Source: Camelus ferus
Lineage: Eukaryota
Length of the DNA stretch: 64,000 nucleotides
Assembly: GCF_009834535.1 (NCBI RefSeq)
Contig: NC_045696.1
Span: forward strand, 77,936,001 to 78,000,000
Direction of reading: 5' to 3'
Shown here: piece after piece, positions 51,130 through 64,000 of the stretch
Position numbering within the stretch: the first letter of the stretch is position 1
Layout of the letters: the number at the start of each line of letters is the position of its first letter
Program-made: the position numbers and the translations under genes
The notes under the pieces: generated by a model
What the model saw: only the letters and a program-made list of their open reading frames with translations
What the model was told of the DNA's origin: nothing
Database searches by the model: none

Positions 51130-51670
51130 GCTATACTGATTTTCTCCTATTTCCTTATTAACAGAATCTCAATTTCATTGGGTATGACAATATATCCACG
51201 TATAAAAATGCTTTTCTTAAACATTTTAGGTAAGGCCAATGCGATATAAGCAGTAACTGTTGGCTAGGACTTAAAAGAAAGACTCTTGAAAGATCAGGCA
51301 GACTTTGAGGATATGAGAATTTCCTCCTCCTCTGTCCAAATGGAGTCCTGAAGTTAAGGCTGTAGCCTCAGCCTCCACTAACAACCACGAAGAAAAGGCA
51401 GAGACAGTGGGTCTAATATCTTTGAGACACTGAATTAAGACCAAGTTTTCTACCTTCCCAAAGGACACCAAAACCAAGGCAGGCAAAAATCTTGAGGGAA
51501 AGAGATCTAACCAAAATGGTAAAAAACAAAACAAAACAAAACAAATCAAAAAAACCAAAGTTTTCTAACAGATTTCTCATTTTTATGAGAAAAACAATCC
51601 CACATTTGGGTAAGTCCACTGTTGATGGGTTTCTGCCATTTGCAGAAAAACACAGAGCCCCCGAGACTAG
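51130..51670 (+). mobile_element. MLT1-like MaLR LTR
   Basis: ggccaatgcgatataagcag..., cagatttctcattttatgagaaaaacaatccc...gggtttctgccatttgcag. Confidence 0.7.
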
Positions 51671-52774
51671 GTAAATATGAACAGTGCACAGATAAACTTA
51701 TTTTGACTTTAGAAGGCATAGTGTGAGTGGGTTATAGATAGAGAGGTATTTGGTCAATATAAGGAAAAAATGAATAACAGAGCTTTGCAACAACAGAATA
51801 GGCCTGCTAACAACATGGTGACTTCTGTAGTGTGGCTGTCCCACAGAGGCTATAGGCTAACAGGGCCAGCCGTGTCAACTGAGGTCTCCCTATAAAGGAG
51901 TGGGTAACAAATTATGTGAACTCATTCCTAAGGGTCATTTCTTTAAACTCTAAAATATCATGGCTGAGTTTTTTTTAGACTAATTGCATTTGCCTATTTC
52001 ATGTTGTGACAGGAATTTGGCCTAAGGAAGTAAAATTCTTTTACCTTCCATGGTAATACTTCTTCTAAAAATTATTAGGAAACTAGAAGGAACATTTTTG
52101 TGAGTGTAGTTTTTTTAAAAGGTCACATAGAACTTTCAGGTATTACAGATTTTGAAAGATGAATGATAGCCATTTTAGTGGTTATAAAATCATTTTCAAA
52201 GGACTTGTGTAGCCCACAGAATGGTTTCTAAATAACATTGTTCATAATATTAATTGATAGTCCCTTCAGAATTCTAAATTCAGCATTTTGCAAAGCTTTA
52301 CAAGTGAAGGGGGATTTTTAAGGTAAAGCTAAATACAGAAAAACTTAAGAAGCAAACTATTATAAAATGACTATACCTGTAATTATTTGAAATTTTGTTA
52401 ATATTGTTTGAGCTAAATCAGCCCTTTAGGATACTTCATGTCATACTTTTCAAGCTATCCTTCACCTTAAAACAGCAAATATGGCCCAGTGATTCTCATT
52501 TTTAATCGACAATCTTGTCAGACATTTCAATGACTCTAGATGTAATAATATTACAACGTTCAGGGACAGAGAGCAAGGGTTCTCTATTTGCTTTCAGTTG
52601 AAAGCAAAGAGGTTCTCAAAAGCTGTCAGCCTTTCTCCTTCTGTTCTGAAAGCTGCCTGAACTTGTCAGTTTGCTTTCACTGCACTTTTATTGAAATAAT
52701 GCAAGGAAAAAAAAGTTATGACAGCATTCATACTTTTAAGCATACTTCTTTTGTAACAGGGTAGAAATGTCACA

Positions 52775-52950
52775 GGACTACAGAATGTTGGAATCAGAAG
52801 CATGTTTAGTTATCATTAAGTCCAGTACCTTCATTCTACTTAAGGAGGAAAGCTGGAGAGGCCAAGAAGACCTCTCAAAGCCACATATGCAGTCAGTAAC
52901 ACAGCAGCTCTAAAAGCAGCATGTGATTCTGAATGCCACTGGTCATCTTT
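52775..52950 (-). mobile_element. MIR fragment
   Basis: cagaatgttggaatcagaag...atcattaagtccagtaccttcattc...gaggaaagctg. Confidence 0.6.
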
Positions 52951-54254
52951 CTCTTAACATGTGAATAGACAGAGAGGATTGTATAAAAATGATCTTTATT
53001 TATTGGCAATAATTGTAAACTCTAGTCCTTGTTTTTTTAACCTTTAGAGTGTAAGATTAGACATAGTAGTAGTTAATAAAAATTTTAATTTTATGTAGAG
53101 TTTTATGGTTCACAAATACGTTTTATAAAACAAGGTTCCAAAATTTCATTTCCTTATATCGGGTGCTTTCAAAAGAAATAAAAATCAAAATAACCCATTT
53201 TACTAAAATTTCATATTTAAAATCATAGGTAAGAAGAATGCAAGATTTCTCCCCTTATCTTTGCTCTCCTACTAACAGAGTAACTAGATAAATCACTTCC
53301 TGGAGAAATGCGTAGAATCACTTAAGATAAAAACATTTTTCTCCCCCATTTTGTTCAGGGTTGACAATGAACTATGTTTGAGTATTGGAATAATCATTCT
53401 TTTATCCTTTGTAGTCAGGCTTATTTTGTGCAGTGGCAACATGATCAGACAAGCAGCTCTCAGATGACATGTGACAATATTAAATTCAGTCTTAGAAGGC
53501 AGCTCCTCAATTTCACACTTACGATAACTGGATTAACCCAATTATTTTTTGGAGGTTAAGGGAAACTACATTCGCAGAACACCATCCTTCAGAGACCAGG
53601 AGATAGGATTTTGTTATCTCAATAGAATTTTATGAAGGCAAAAAGATCGGTTAGTTATTTATTAAATTTTAGCCCAAATCAGATGAAGAGTTCTGAAGGA
53701 AGGAGACATGATCCCCTAACAATGCACTGCGAGTTCTTCCCTTTGATCCTCAGAAACATGTGAAACTCAGAACTTTGATTTAGCATACCTGTCAGGTAAA
53801 GTATTTCCAGTGTACCAGTTCAAGGCTCTTGGTTCTAGCCAAGAAGATATGTACCCACTCCCAACCTTAAAAAGGACTAAAACAAAACCCATTAGAGATT
53901 CAAGTTTGTAAAGCATTACCATTTTCATGACAGGAGATTTCAAGTTTATCAGACATTTTCAAAAATCATACCAAATTTCATTTAAAATGCATAAGAGCCT
54001 TATCCCTGATGTTAAATTTATCTTTATCTTTTATATCTCAGGTTTTTTTGGACTATCCAATTTGAAATGCTCTATCTCATGCCACTCAGAAGTACACCCA
54101 CTTGCAGACCTTGTATTTTGATTTCTGGATGAAGACAGATGACCACACAACATGTTGTTTTGACTGGATGGGATAAGGAGAATTCAGGAAATCTAATTTT
54201 ACATAAATTTATCAGGGGTCTTGGATGACTTAGGTCATGGGAGATTTGATCTTC

Positions 54255-54400
54255 CTGAAAACAGAATAGGATTAGGAACCACAAGACTTCTATTCTGCCT
54301 CTGCGGATTACTAGTGGGGTGGCCTAAGGCAATTTACTCTGTGAATCAGGATCAGTTCCCTACTCCATAAAATGGGGATGATATTTTCACAGTAAAATCA
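54255..54400 (+). mobile_element. MIR fragment
   Basis: ctgcctctgc...actagtggggtggcctaaggcaattt...cagttccctactccataaaatggggatgata. Confidence 0.65.
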
Positions 54401-56349
54401 TGTTATGTGTAGGAATGCCATGTCAACAGCAATTTTATATTAATATATAAAATAAATTTGCATAGTAACTCATGTAGCCCACAAATACAACTTTTTCTTT
54501 TGTGTTCTAGACTAAAATCTAGAGCAATTCCTGCAAACTTTCTCTACGTAATTTTCAGACGCACTTGTTTTCCTTTTCTTCTTAAATACAGTGCTAATGA
54601 TATCCCATCAAATATATCATCCATCTAATTGTCCTAGAATAAATTTCTGAGTAGCGAATGGAGTAAATCATATGGAAGGCAGTGCTATATACAGCATAAC
54701 TCTCCTGTGGCAGTTTAAGAGAAAGATGATTTCAGTATGCTGAAAATATCAGATTTTCCAGCAGAAATTTATTTTCTCCACATTACCAGATGGAGTCATC
54801 GAGAATATAAGTCAAAAATAATTGTTGAAAATCATCAGTTTAATTTTTCTTCCCTCTAAGATATGTCTCCTTATGCCAAGTTAACTTTGACATGTCCTCT
54901 GGCTGCTTCATTACAGTCATTTTATTGTCATAAACAGCTTAATTATAACAATACCAATATAAATGTATAATTTGCCCCAAATGTAGGGCACTACATTCAT
55001 TTACCGTTTTATACTTGGCTCAAAAGATTTCCTTTGCTTTTGCAAATGGAGATTAGGACTACATTATTTTAGGTAAGAAGGAACTGATAGGGGAAGGCAT
55101 GCTTTGGGGACAACAAACATAGGTCTAAGCTGTTGCACTCCAAAAATAATTTCCTTCACTATGGGCTATGTGTTATGTGACTCAGCGGGGTAGGTACTAA
55201 AAAGTTTGAATAATCTAAACAAGGATTTAAAGGACAGGGGATAACTGTTGGTTATCATTCCCAAATCAGCAACGCCCCAAAATTACATCACGGTGCTACT
55301 TGCCACCAGCTTTCTGGAGCCTAGACTCTGCTTCATGTCTCTTGCCATCTTCCCTTTAGCGTCCTCTTCCCTTCCCCACCATCACATTCTCTTACTCTGA
55401 TTTTCAGTCTTCACCATCAATAGTCTTAAAATGGAACCACTCTTTCCGTTTTGTTTTATGTATGGGGATAAAGATTTATATTCCCTGATCTTAACACACA
55501 AAAACAGATACATTAGGTCTTTCATATTTTTTAAGAAAAAACGAATATGAAAGATGGAGAGAGGGAGTCCACTGATTTCTCCCCCCGCCCTTTGAAACAG
55601 TAAACCTAGCTATATAGAGTGGTCAGGGGAAAGCCTTCTCACTGCTGGGCTAACAAAAAGCCGCTTTCCCCTAGAAACAAAGCTAGCAAAAAACACAAAT
55701 TGTAACTGCTTCAAATCACAAGGAAGCGATGATGAAAATGCAATTGTGTCAATGCCCAAAGGACTCAAGTCAAAGGTCAGTCTTCAAAGCAGCCTCTTAA
55801 CTAAGGAGCGGATTTCTAATAGACAGGATGTTTCAATATGAATTTTTTTCCATGCCTAAACTTTTATTTTCTGAATATATCTGAAAGATTACACAACTCA
55901 AGAAAATATGTGGAGTTAAAATTAATGCAATATTCTAGTTACTTAGAGGCTTGTTATAGATCCTCTAGTTTATGTTATTTGATTCTCTAATGCTCTTATA
56001 ACAGATATCTTAAAAGAACAGCAGAAATGCTATTAATTTCATGAAAAAAAGGAGTTAGATTTTCTGGGTAAAAATAAGAATTATATAAAAATAATAAAAA
56101 AGAAAATGATTTCATATTAAGGTATATATATGTGTATGTGTGTTTGGTTAACGTGGAAAATTAACATTTGACACTTTTGAAACTTGAGAGACAGCAGATA
56201 TCTATATAAGTACATACACTCCCCTATATCTTTACCTTCTGTATGTCTATCTAGATAGCAGTATCTCGAGAGACAGAATCCTATCTGAGAAATAAAGTCA
56301 ACTTGAAAAGCGCTTCCTTCCCTATGGCCATGCACAGATTCCAGTGATA

Positions 56350-58030
56350 TTTTTGGTGTTTTATTTTTAAATATAAAGGCCAGCACGAGGTCAGCAGGTA
56401 TTTGAGGATGAGATACATTATAAAAGAAACAAAGCAAACAAACAGAAAAAAATAATGCAGAGAAGTAAAGACACTCCAAAGATAATAACTGGAAAAATGC
56501 ACAGTTATAACTAATGCTATAGAAAAATGTCTACATTCATTAAAAAGACTTAGTGTATTTGAGAAAGAATATATCAGAGTTAAAGAAACAGCACCTAATA
56601 CTTAAAGATGTGATAGCAGAAACAAAAATTAAGTTGGAAGTCGAGACATATTCTAGAGGTAGAGCCAAACAGAGATGGATTATAAAGAAGAAAAGAAAAT
56701 CAGAGGTCAGTGTAGGTGATTAGACAGCCAACAGAGGGTCAGAAAATGGGAGCAAATAAAATGAGGTGGATGATTTTATCAAGTAAATATTTAAGAACAT
56801 TTCCCCAAACTGAAGGACACGTGTATCCAGATTGAAAACACCCACTGAGAGGTGTGGGGAAATTAATGGAAAAACAATCTATACAGATGCATATCATCAT
56901 ATACTCACAGAAAACAGATCCTGAACGTTTCCTGGTGTAAGAAGCAGCAAAATTTTAAAAAGGATTGGGAATTACAATAGTACTGAACTTTGAACTTTCA
57001 ACAGGAACACTGTAGGCTGAAAAGCATTATAAAATTCTGAAGAAAAATTATTTCTAACATAAAATTTTATACCTAACCAAAATACCAGTCAAGAACATGG
57101 CTGGATAAAGACATTTTCAAAAATGTGATGCTTCAAGACTCTCACCTCCTACCTACCCTTTCTCAGAACATACTGGAGAATACTTTCCACCACATGAAGT
57201 AATAAACAAGGAGTAATACACTGGATCCAGGAAGAAGCAAGACAAGCAAGGCACAGGAATTACTGCCTTGATTAGAAAAAGGAAATGATAAAAACAAAGA
57301 GAGTAAAAGGGTGGCATACTCCAAAAGGACATCGTCAAGATCAAAGAATGGACTTGAGACATCATCTAATATATCTGCACATATTTAGAGATTTCACAGT
57401 AGGGTTGAAGAGTTTGGAAAATAACTTATGACAGACACCTCAAAAACTAAGATTTGCAGATATAACTACTGTATACAAAATAGATAAACAACAAGTTTCT
57501 ATTGTATCGCACAGGGGACTATATTCAATATCTTGTAATAACCGATAATGAAAAAGAATATGAAAATGAATACATGTATGTGTATGTATGACTGACACAT
57601 TATGCTGTACACCAGAAACTAACACACTGTAAACTGACTATACTTCAATGAAAAGAAAAAAGAAAAAGAAAAAACTAAACAAATTAACAAAGCAATTAAG
57701 AAGTCATGCAAGAAATTCATGTAAGCAGATTATACAACTGATCAGTGAACAATGATTACATGTTCACAAAAGCACTGAACACTGATTTACTTAAAAACTG
57801 AGAAATAAATAAAATGGGAAGATCAGAAGTGAAGAATGGAGAGTACTGAGTGATAGTTATGCAAAGAAGACAATCATCTCCTTTCTTAAGACATCAATTC
57901 AACATGCACAACATAGTAGCATAAAACCAGTATTTGGAAACAGAGCTAAATGACAAATGACATACTTAAAATAACTTTTAGTGATTCTCTTTATGAAGTG
58001 GGCTGGGGGGTTCAGAAGAGGTGGGACAAC
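56350..58030 (+). mobile_element. Old HAL1/L1ME ORF1-containing fragment
   Basis: agaacatttccccaaactgaaggacac..ccagattgaaa, aaaattctgaagaaaaattatttctaacataaaattttataccta, ccctttctcagaa. Confidence 0.75.
57451..57669 (+). mobile_element. Young camelid-type L1 3' end with 9-bp TSD
   Basis: gatttgcagata...gcacaggggactatattcaatatcttgtaataacc...ttatgctgtacaccagaaactaacacactgtaaactgactatacttcaat plus A-tail. TSD aaaaactaa at 57442-57450 and 57670-57678. Confidence 0.92.
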
Positions 58031-60879
58031 AAGTTTCTCACTCTATTTTCTTCCTCTTCCTTCCCTCACCTTCCCCTTTCCCCATTCTCTTCCTTCCTTT
58101 CTGGTCCTAGGTTTCGTAATTCTAAATCACTTCTTAACTATATACATCTATTAATTCAGTGAAGAAAAATTAAAGATAAACCTGTATGACATTTAATTTA
58201 ATGATCTGTTTTTTATAATTTACTGTTTAATTTTTTGAGAATTTTGGTGCTCTATCAGTGCACAGAAATCATGCAAAAAGGAACAGAGAATTATTATTCA
58301 TAAATCATTGGTGAATTTTTTTAGTGTTAAGATATTGAATAAAAGACACATAGTATGTGCAAACATTTCCTGACTTGATCAAACTGAATTAAGAGCTTAT
58401 TTCTACCTCCATTAAGAAGTTAGGACATGGAAGGCATAGATTGAATTTTAGTTATTACCATTCAGGATTTTTTACCAGTTACACTTAGCATAGTGAAGTG
58501 GTTTGTTATTGTTGTTGTTTTAATTAAACTGGATAATCATGGATATTTTTTGAAGGTGGTCTTGGAAAAATCATTAATTCAATTGGCTTTCTGCCCTTGG
58601 CAAGAAAGTATGTAATGCTTCCCTAAGGTGATTAGTTTTGGGGGAGATCATTTTAATAAGGTGGATAATCGTTAACTAACTATTTTAAATGATGACTGTT
58701 TATTGGCAAGAATTGAATACTTCAGGGTAATAAGTTTAACTGACGGTAGGAGACTGCAGAATTGTGGAGCTTATACAGCAACCGCTGGTGGCCACACTGC
58801 TCACAATAAGCACTGATGGACAGAAATTAAATCTGCATTTTCACCATGTTAAACAATGATTGCTTCCCACCATGAGAAGTGCAGTGACATCACTGGGAAC
58901 CTTGGATCAGACCCTGGGTATGGCTGCCTTTGGTTCCAAGGGTTGTCAATGTGGGGGAAGTGAGCATTCCTCACAGCACTTAATACATGGAGGGGCTCAC
59001 TCTCTCCGAAGGCTAGTTATTCCAAAAGCACAGCTTTAAATTTTTTAAAACTATTGCGCCAAATTTGGGAGAATACATGTGTTTTTTGTTGTGCTCAAGT
59101 CTTCACTTATCTCTCGAAGGTATGGGAATTAGGGTGGCGACTATCAGCAATAAAAAGCATCTATGCTGGACAATTGCTTCGTTCTGTTAACTATTACTTT
59201 ACTGTGGTGGGAGCACACAACACAGGAGCAGGGTGGCTGAATACAGTACAGAGCAAAGTTACGCTTACTTCCTGCCTTTGAAAACATTCTAAACTACTGT
59301 AACATCCCAGTTCACATAGGAGAGAATCATCATTCAGTCACTTTCACAGGATAAAAAGACAACAGCTCAGGCTCTGGGTCTCACTAATCATATTTGGGAC
59401 CATCTTCTTTAGCTTTATTAGGAAATTTTATCCTAATTTGATTTAAATAAATAAATAAACTGACTTCTTAATCCCTTGATTTAGTCAGATTTCCCAAGGC
59501 AGTGCTCATTTCTATAAAGAAGAATGCAAAATCCAAAATGCTAGCATTATTGCAGAAAAACATGTATTGGATATTCTGAGTCAAGGCATTAAAGTTAGAA
59601 AGCTAGATAAAGAAATGATTGCATATTAAAACTAGAAGGAAAAAGACAACAAATCTGTATGTGTGTGTCCAGAAAGGGAGATACAGAATGAGCTCACCAG
59701 TAGGAATCTTGTAATAGACAAAGTCAGTAATTCATGGCTTAGTTCTACGATCTGTATGAAACGCAAGTGTTTTAAAATTTACTTCACATGGGAATATTGG
59801 GGTTTTCACATCAATGGCATGAATTTCAATTCTTGAAGTTCTTTTTCTTCCTTTGATAACTCCATAAGCTAAGCCCCCCTGATGTCTGGGGCTGGTTGCT
59901 CCTACTTTGGCCGGACTCTGTTCCCTGCTGTAGGAGGCCCTGGACCCTCCAGCAGCATTTCCTGGGCTTCCACGTCAGGTGCTTTCTGGCACTCATGGCC
60001 TTCTGCTGTTGCTAACCTCTGGGTTTCCTTCCCATCCCCCACTGGGCTTTTCAACTGTGCTGGCCTCTGTAAAATCTTTATTATAGTCCCTTCATTTAAA
60101 ATACTTAAAGTAGAACTTCCCCAACCCCCACCATTAGACCTTGATATATATGGCCACAAAGGTATCCACCCCCCCCCCTTTTTTTTAATGTAAAGAGTCC
60201 AGAAAATGCATCATCATTAATATTGCTTTACTTCTGCCAGAATCTCAGGTTAGGCTCAGAACCATGAGCAACTCAACATCTGAGTGTTTGCTGCAAATAC
60301 TGTAACAGACTTGTTAGCAAGAAGGATGGCATATCTGTAAGTTTGATTCCTACCAAAAGCATTGGAATTCATAACAAAATATTATATCTAATAGGGAAAA
60401 AAATCAATGGGACAATTATTTCTTATAAGGAAGAAAATTTTCCTTTTAATTTACAAGTCTGTAATTACAGATTTCCAACATACAGATAAGGAATGACCCT
60501 TACCTTTTGTAGAGAATGAGAAAGGAAAATAATGTAGTAAGAGAGCTGGCAGAAGCTTAAGTCTGATTTTCCTATGAAAAAAATCTTTTCTCCAATCATC
60601 TCTTACTTGTCTATGATAAACGTAACCAACCTGAGATGAGTCAGGCCTAAATAATGCAGCAGTGAAGCCTGTCACTTCTCCTCCATTGATCTTCATGACC
60701 TATTCCTTAGTGTAGGTTACTTTTCTCATTTTTCAAAGAGTCGGGAGAAAATGGATTCTATGTGGGTGGAATATGTCTATTAAGGCAAGCCAAGTGGAAT
60801 AAAAAAATAGTACGGAGAGGATATAAAAATGTTTAAAGGATTATTTTTTACTTTCAAAAGAGCAGAATCCATCACTCAC

Positions 60880-61004
60880 TGAGTAGAGAGAGCTGACTGA
60901 CTGGGGAAGTGGTGTGGCTTGAAAACACTGTTGAGTCAAGAGACTCCACAGTGAACAGGAGGGATCGGAGGAACTGGGACCATCCAGGTCTCCCAGAGGG
61001 GATC
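60880..61004 (-). other. Candidate 125-nt exon
   Basis: ttactttctctctcgggtag|GATCCCCTC...CTACTCA|gtgagt. GC-richer than its flanks and open in two frames. No recognisable protein. Confidence 0.25.
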
Positions 61005-61809
61005 CTACCCGAGAGAGAAAGTAACAATAGCAGTAATGATCTGAGCATGCTCACAGCTCTTCCACATGTCCATGGACCATTTCAGTAGCAAAGGCCATGT
61101 TAGAAATGAAGTTAGTGCTTCCAAAAACATGCACACCTGTCATAGGTCTGCACCTTGCATGGCCACAGGTCACTTTTCTAGTGGCTTCAAATCCTTCTTC
61201 ACGCCTCTACCCTCTTCTCACCTCCCTTCCATCATACACTAAGCCGCCCAGTGTGTGTAACCACAACATCAGTTCTAACTGCTTGAGAATCGCTGGTGGC
61301 AACTGATGGTTTCATCTTTAATGTGAATGAAATGGTATTAACTTTCTTTGGGGCAAAAGGCTACATATGTCTTTATTCTAAGGATTTCTGTCACATCAAA
61401 GGTCTTAAGGATTTCATTTTTTTCTGTTTTACAGCCCACTCCTCCCACCACCAACTCAGTGCAGAGATGAGAAATCACTTGGGAGATACTGTTTAGGTTC
61501 CTCTCCGTCAGTTTCCAGGGTCCTGTTATCAAGATGACATTGCCCCTATTCCAACTATTGTTTGTTATCCAAAACATGAAGTTTCCACTCCACTCCAGTC
61601 AGGCTGTCCTCACTATGCTCGAAAACCTCACAGTGTTCCTACTTCTGCTTATATTTTCCATCATGGGAACAATCTTACCATGATCTCACTACTTATTTGT
61701 CAAATCCTTAGTTCTACTTGTCACATTAGGAAACCTTTCTAGTAACTATTGTACTCATCAGAATTAAACTGTTTATTGTTCTCTGTTCCATTTCTGGTAA
61801 AGTAACAAC

Positions 61810-62080
61810 AAGCAGAGCTACCATTTACTGAACCCACGCTAGGGTTCGACAAGGTTTAACGAGGCATTGTGTCAAAGTCTTGTTTACATGAAATCCTCCC
61901 AGGCACCTTCGGGAACAGATGTTTCTATTGTTATCATGACCACCACTTCACAGATGAGAAAACCCAGGACTGCTGTGTATGTCTTACTAAGGAGCTACAC
62001 TGGATTATATAATCCCAGGCTTCTGACGTCCACGCTGAGACTCTTAAGAATTTTGCTGCAGTCTCACTTGACACTTTAAC
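61810..62080 (-). mobile_element. MIR SINE flanked by L2 fragments
   Basis: gctaccatttactgaacccac...tacatgaaatcctccc...cttcacagatgagaaaacccagg...aatcccaggcttctgac. Confidence 0.75.
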
Positions 62081-63239
62081 CAACCCTAAATGTCAGTGAA
62101 GGTAGTTACCATGTCACTGTGTTTTCTCTTTGTCCGCTATAGTGCCTACAATGTCAATCCTCACGAACCTATCGGGTGATGGCTTGAATGGACATCTACC
62201 TTGTATTACAGCCAATACACTATTGTGCCCAAGAAGTTTATTACACTCAAAAGTAATATCTGCAAAGTTTAAATAATTCAAGTCAAATTGAAAAAAGTTT
62301 TATGTTTTAAAAACCTGTCTTAAAGTACAGAAAGAATATATATATATGAGATAGAATCATCTGTGAACAGTAATTGTCAGTATTTTTTTAGTTTAATTTA
62401 GATCCTGAAAAGATTTTCTTCCTACTATTCCAATTATTATGATTAAGGTTTTATCATCTTCCTATTGTCAGTTTTAAGTACACAAGTTAATTGTGTTTCA
62501 TGCATTTTTCACCTGAATTTTGGACAATCTACAATACATTTCAGAATATCCTTTAGCTTGTTAAACAGTAATGGTTTCTGCATAACTTAAATTTAAGATT
62601 GTGTTAGATTACAGAACTACTCCTTTCCAATCTCAGTGTTAGTCATTATCAACGTGTCATTGATAAGATGCATTACCGTTTTTTTTTTTTTTTGGACAAT
62701 TTTCTCTAAAAATGACTTATTAGACTTTTAATGTACCAGTGGAAAAGAAGGCTACAGAGAAGAGAGGTAACATGGGTCTAAAAAGAGCTGCAATGGTGCA
62801 CAAGGTTGTAAGACTGAAATACCTTCCTAATTTTAATTTTAGACAAGAGTTTGTAGATATGCAAACAGCCCATGTCGTACGCACATACCGTGACCTTCCC
62901 AGCTAGGCAATTCCAAGCGGTAGAAGTTTCTTTCGATTCTTGGTTATCATGGAAGCACATCTTTGTTAGCTTCAGTTGTCATTTGGTTGCTTCACAGACA
63001 CAGAAGTTATTTTAATAACTAACCAGTTTGACAAAGTATGTTGAGTGAAAACCTGCCTTATTTGAAAACTAGATTAGCAGGAATTTGATGTTTTGAAATA
63101 AGCGGTTGTTAGATTTCAAGTCTTTTTCTTCCAAGCCAGCTTGCAAATCAATAAAACCTAAGTTTTCTTGGAAATATTTTAAGTTTCTAAGACACTGAAA
63201 GTAACAGTAGAACAATAACTGACTGAAAAGCAAGAAAGT

Positions 63240-63370
63240 AGCTCTATTACTTTGCAGGCTTGTGACTTTGAGTAAATCACTAAGATCTGACACACCTTAG
63301 TCTTCTCGTTTCCTTTAATTCTTTAAAGTAACAGCTACCTAAAATAAGTTGTTCGTATACAAAATTGCTA
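63240..63370 (+). mobile_element. MIR fragment
   Basis: agctctattact...tgtgactttgagtaaatcactaa..cttagtcttctcgttt. Confidence 0.55.
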
Positions 63371-64000
63371 TTTTATCATTAGGTTTTTAAGGAATTTTGA
63401 GTAATACGGAAATCAGGAATAGCCAAAACATAGAGTGAATATATACTGAATGAATACTTATATTCTTATTCAAACTTTCTAGAATTAAAAAGAAAAAGCA
63501 GAGAACTATTTTAATTATTTAAGCTGGAAATGAAAAACATCAGCATTGTAAATGAGTAACAGCAGAGAGCACATACACACAAACACAGTGTCTTAAAAGA
63601 AAGTAACAGAAACTCCACATCATTCTTTTGAATTAGTGTGAATGCCCTATTTTCTGAGTTCACTGATTTCAAGAAAACAATAGCTGAAGAAATAATGACT
63701 GTCTGCTTGAGTACAAGCATGCTAAGAGTAAGTGGCAGGTTTAACTGTTATCTGTGAGAGCACATATTGGACTAAAACTTCTTTGTCTTTTTGGTTTCTA
63801 ACATACACATATGCACAGAAATGTAATTCAGTGAAACTGTGACAGAGATAAAAACATTTTCTTTTGACTTTTCATATCGTGTCTTTGTACTTCCAGGCGG
63901 CTGCTCAATTCTCCCTGCTCCATCTCAGTCCAAAGACAAATCCTGAGCCTCACTCCTTTGTAAAAATGCTCCCTAGTAAAGCAGTATTTATTGAGAGTTG

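Larger units (their letters stand above)
45580..51960 (+). mobile_element. CR1/L3 LINE split into pieces by younger insertions
   Basis: CR1 RT remnant VDIVY.GFSKKFD (~45602), aataatttggatgag, and KCEVLHL (~46695). L3 3' end pieces at ~50770-51100 and ~51700-51960. Confidence 0.72.

Noticed and set aside
8583..59720. Further minus-strand AG/GT pairs of 4-27 nt (near 8590, 14940, 15403, 15546, 17928, 26371, 38719, 40880, 42246, 59699)
   Set aside because: Weaker acceptors or donors, very short, or inside probable repeats. They show the chance background and were left out of the ladder.
59902..60193. Overlapping ORFs on both strands in a GC-richer patch
   Set aside because: Open frames are expected from the local GC content. 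There is no recognisable protein, the acceptor is weak, and it may be an old repeat.
1..64000. Prokaryotic-type systems (CRISPR array, operons), tRNA/rRNA genes, antigen-receptor J segments
   Set aside because: The sequence is mammalian. I saw no regularly spaced repeats, cloverleaf or rRNA similarity, or recombination signal sequences beside the short exon-like segments.

Overview
AT-rich mammalian genomic DNA, most likely camelid. The youngest L1 3' ends carry the TGCTGTACACCAGAAATTGACACATTGTAACTGACTATACTTCAAT tail, and I saw no Alu, B1, Bov-tA/BovB, CHR or PRE1 SINEs. No intact protein-coding gene, RNA gene or CRISPR array can be supported, and the listed ORFs look like chance ORFs or repeat-derived fragments. 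Transposons dominate the window: a decayed class I (ERV1/MER34-like) gag-pro-pol internal region at ~28.4-34.7 kb, nine solo LTRs (four with readable target-site duplications), old and young L1/HAL1 pieces, L2, CR1/L3, MIR and hAT-Charlie MITEs. Two linked signals are not explained by repeats. First, every LTR element I could orient, and most L1s, lie on the + strand, as expected inside a gene transcribed from the - strand. Second, the - strand carries a ladder of 6-35 nt candidate micro-exons with good splice sites, five of which join into a stop-free frame. I could not identify the host gene, and chance splice-site pairs are common in DNA this AT-rich, so the micro-exon model is a testable hypothesis only. 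Repeat family names come from recalled consensus similarity, not from a database search.
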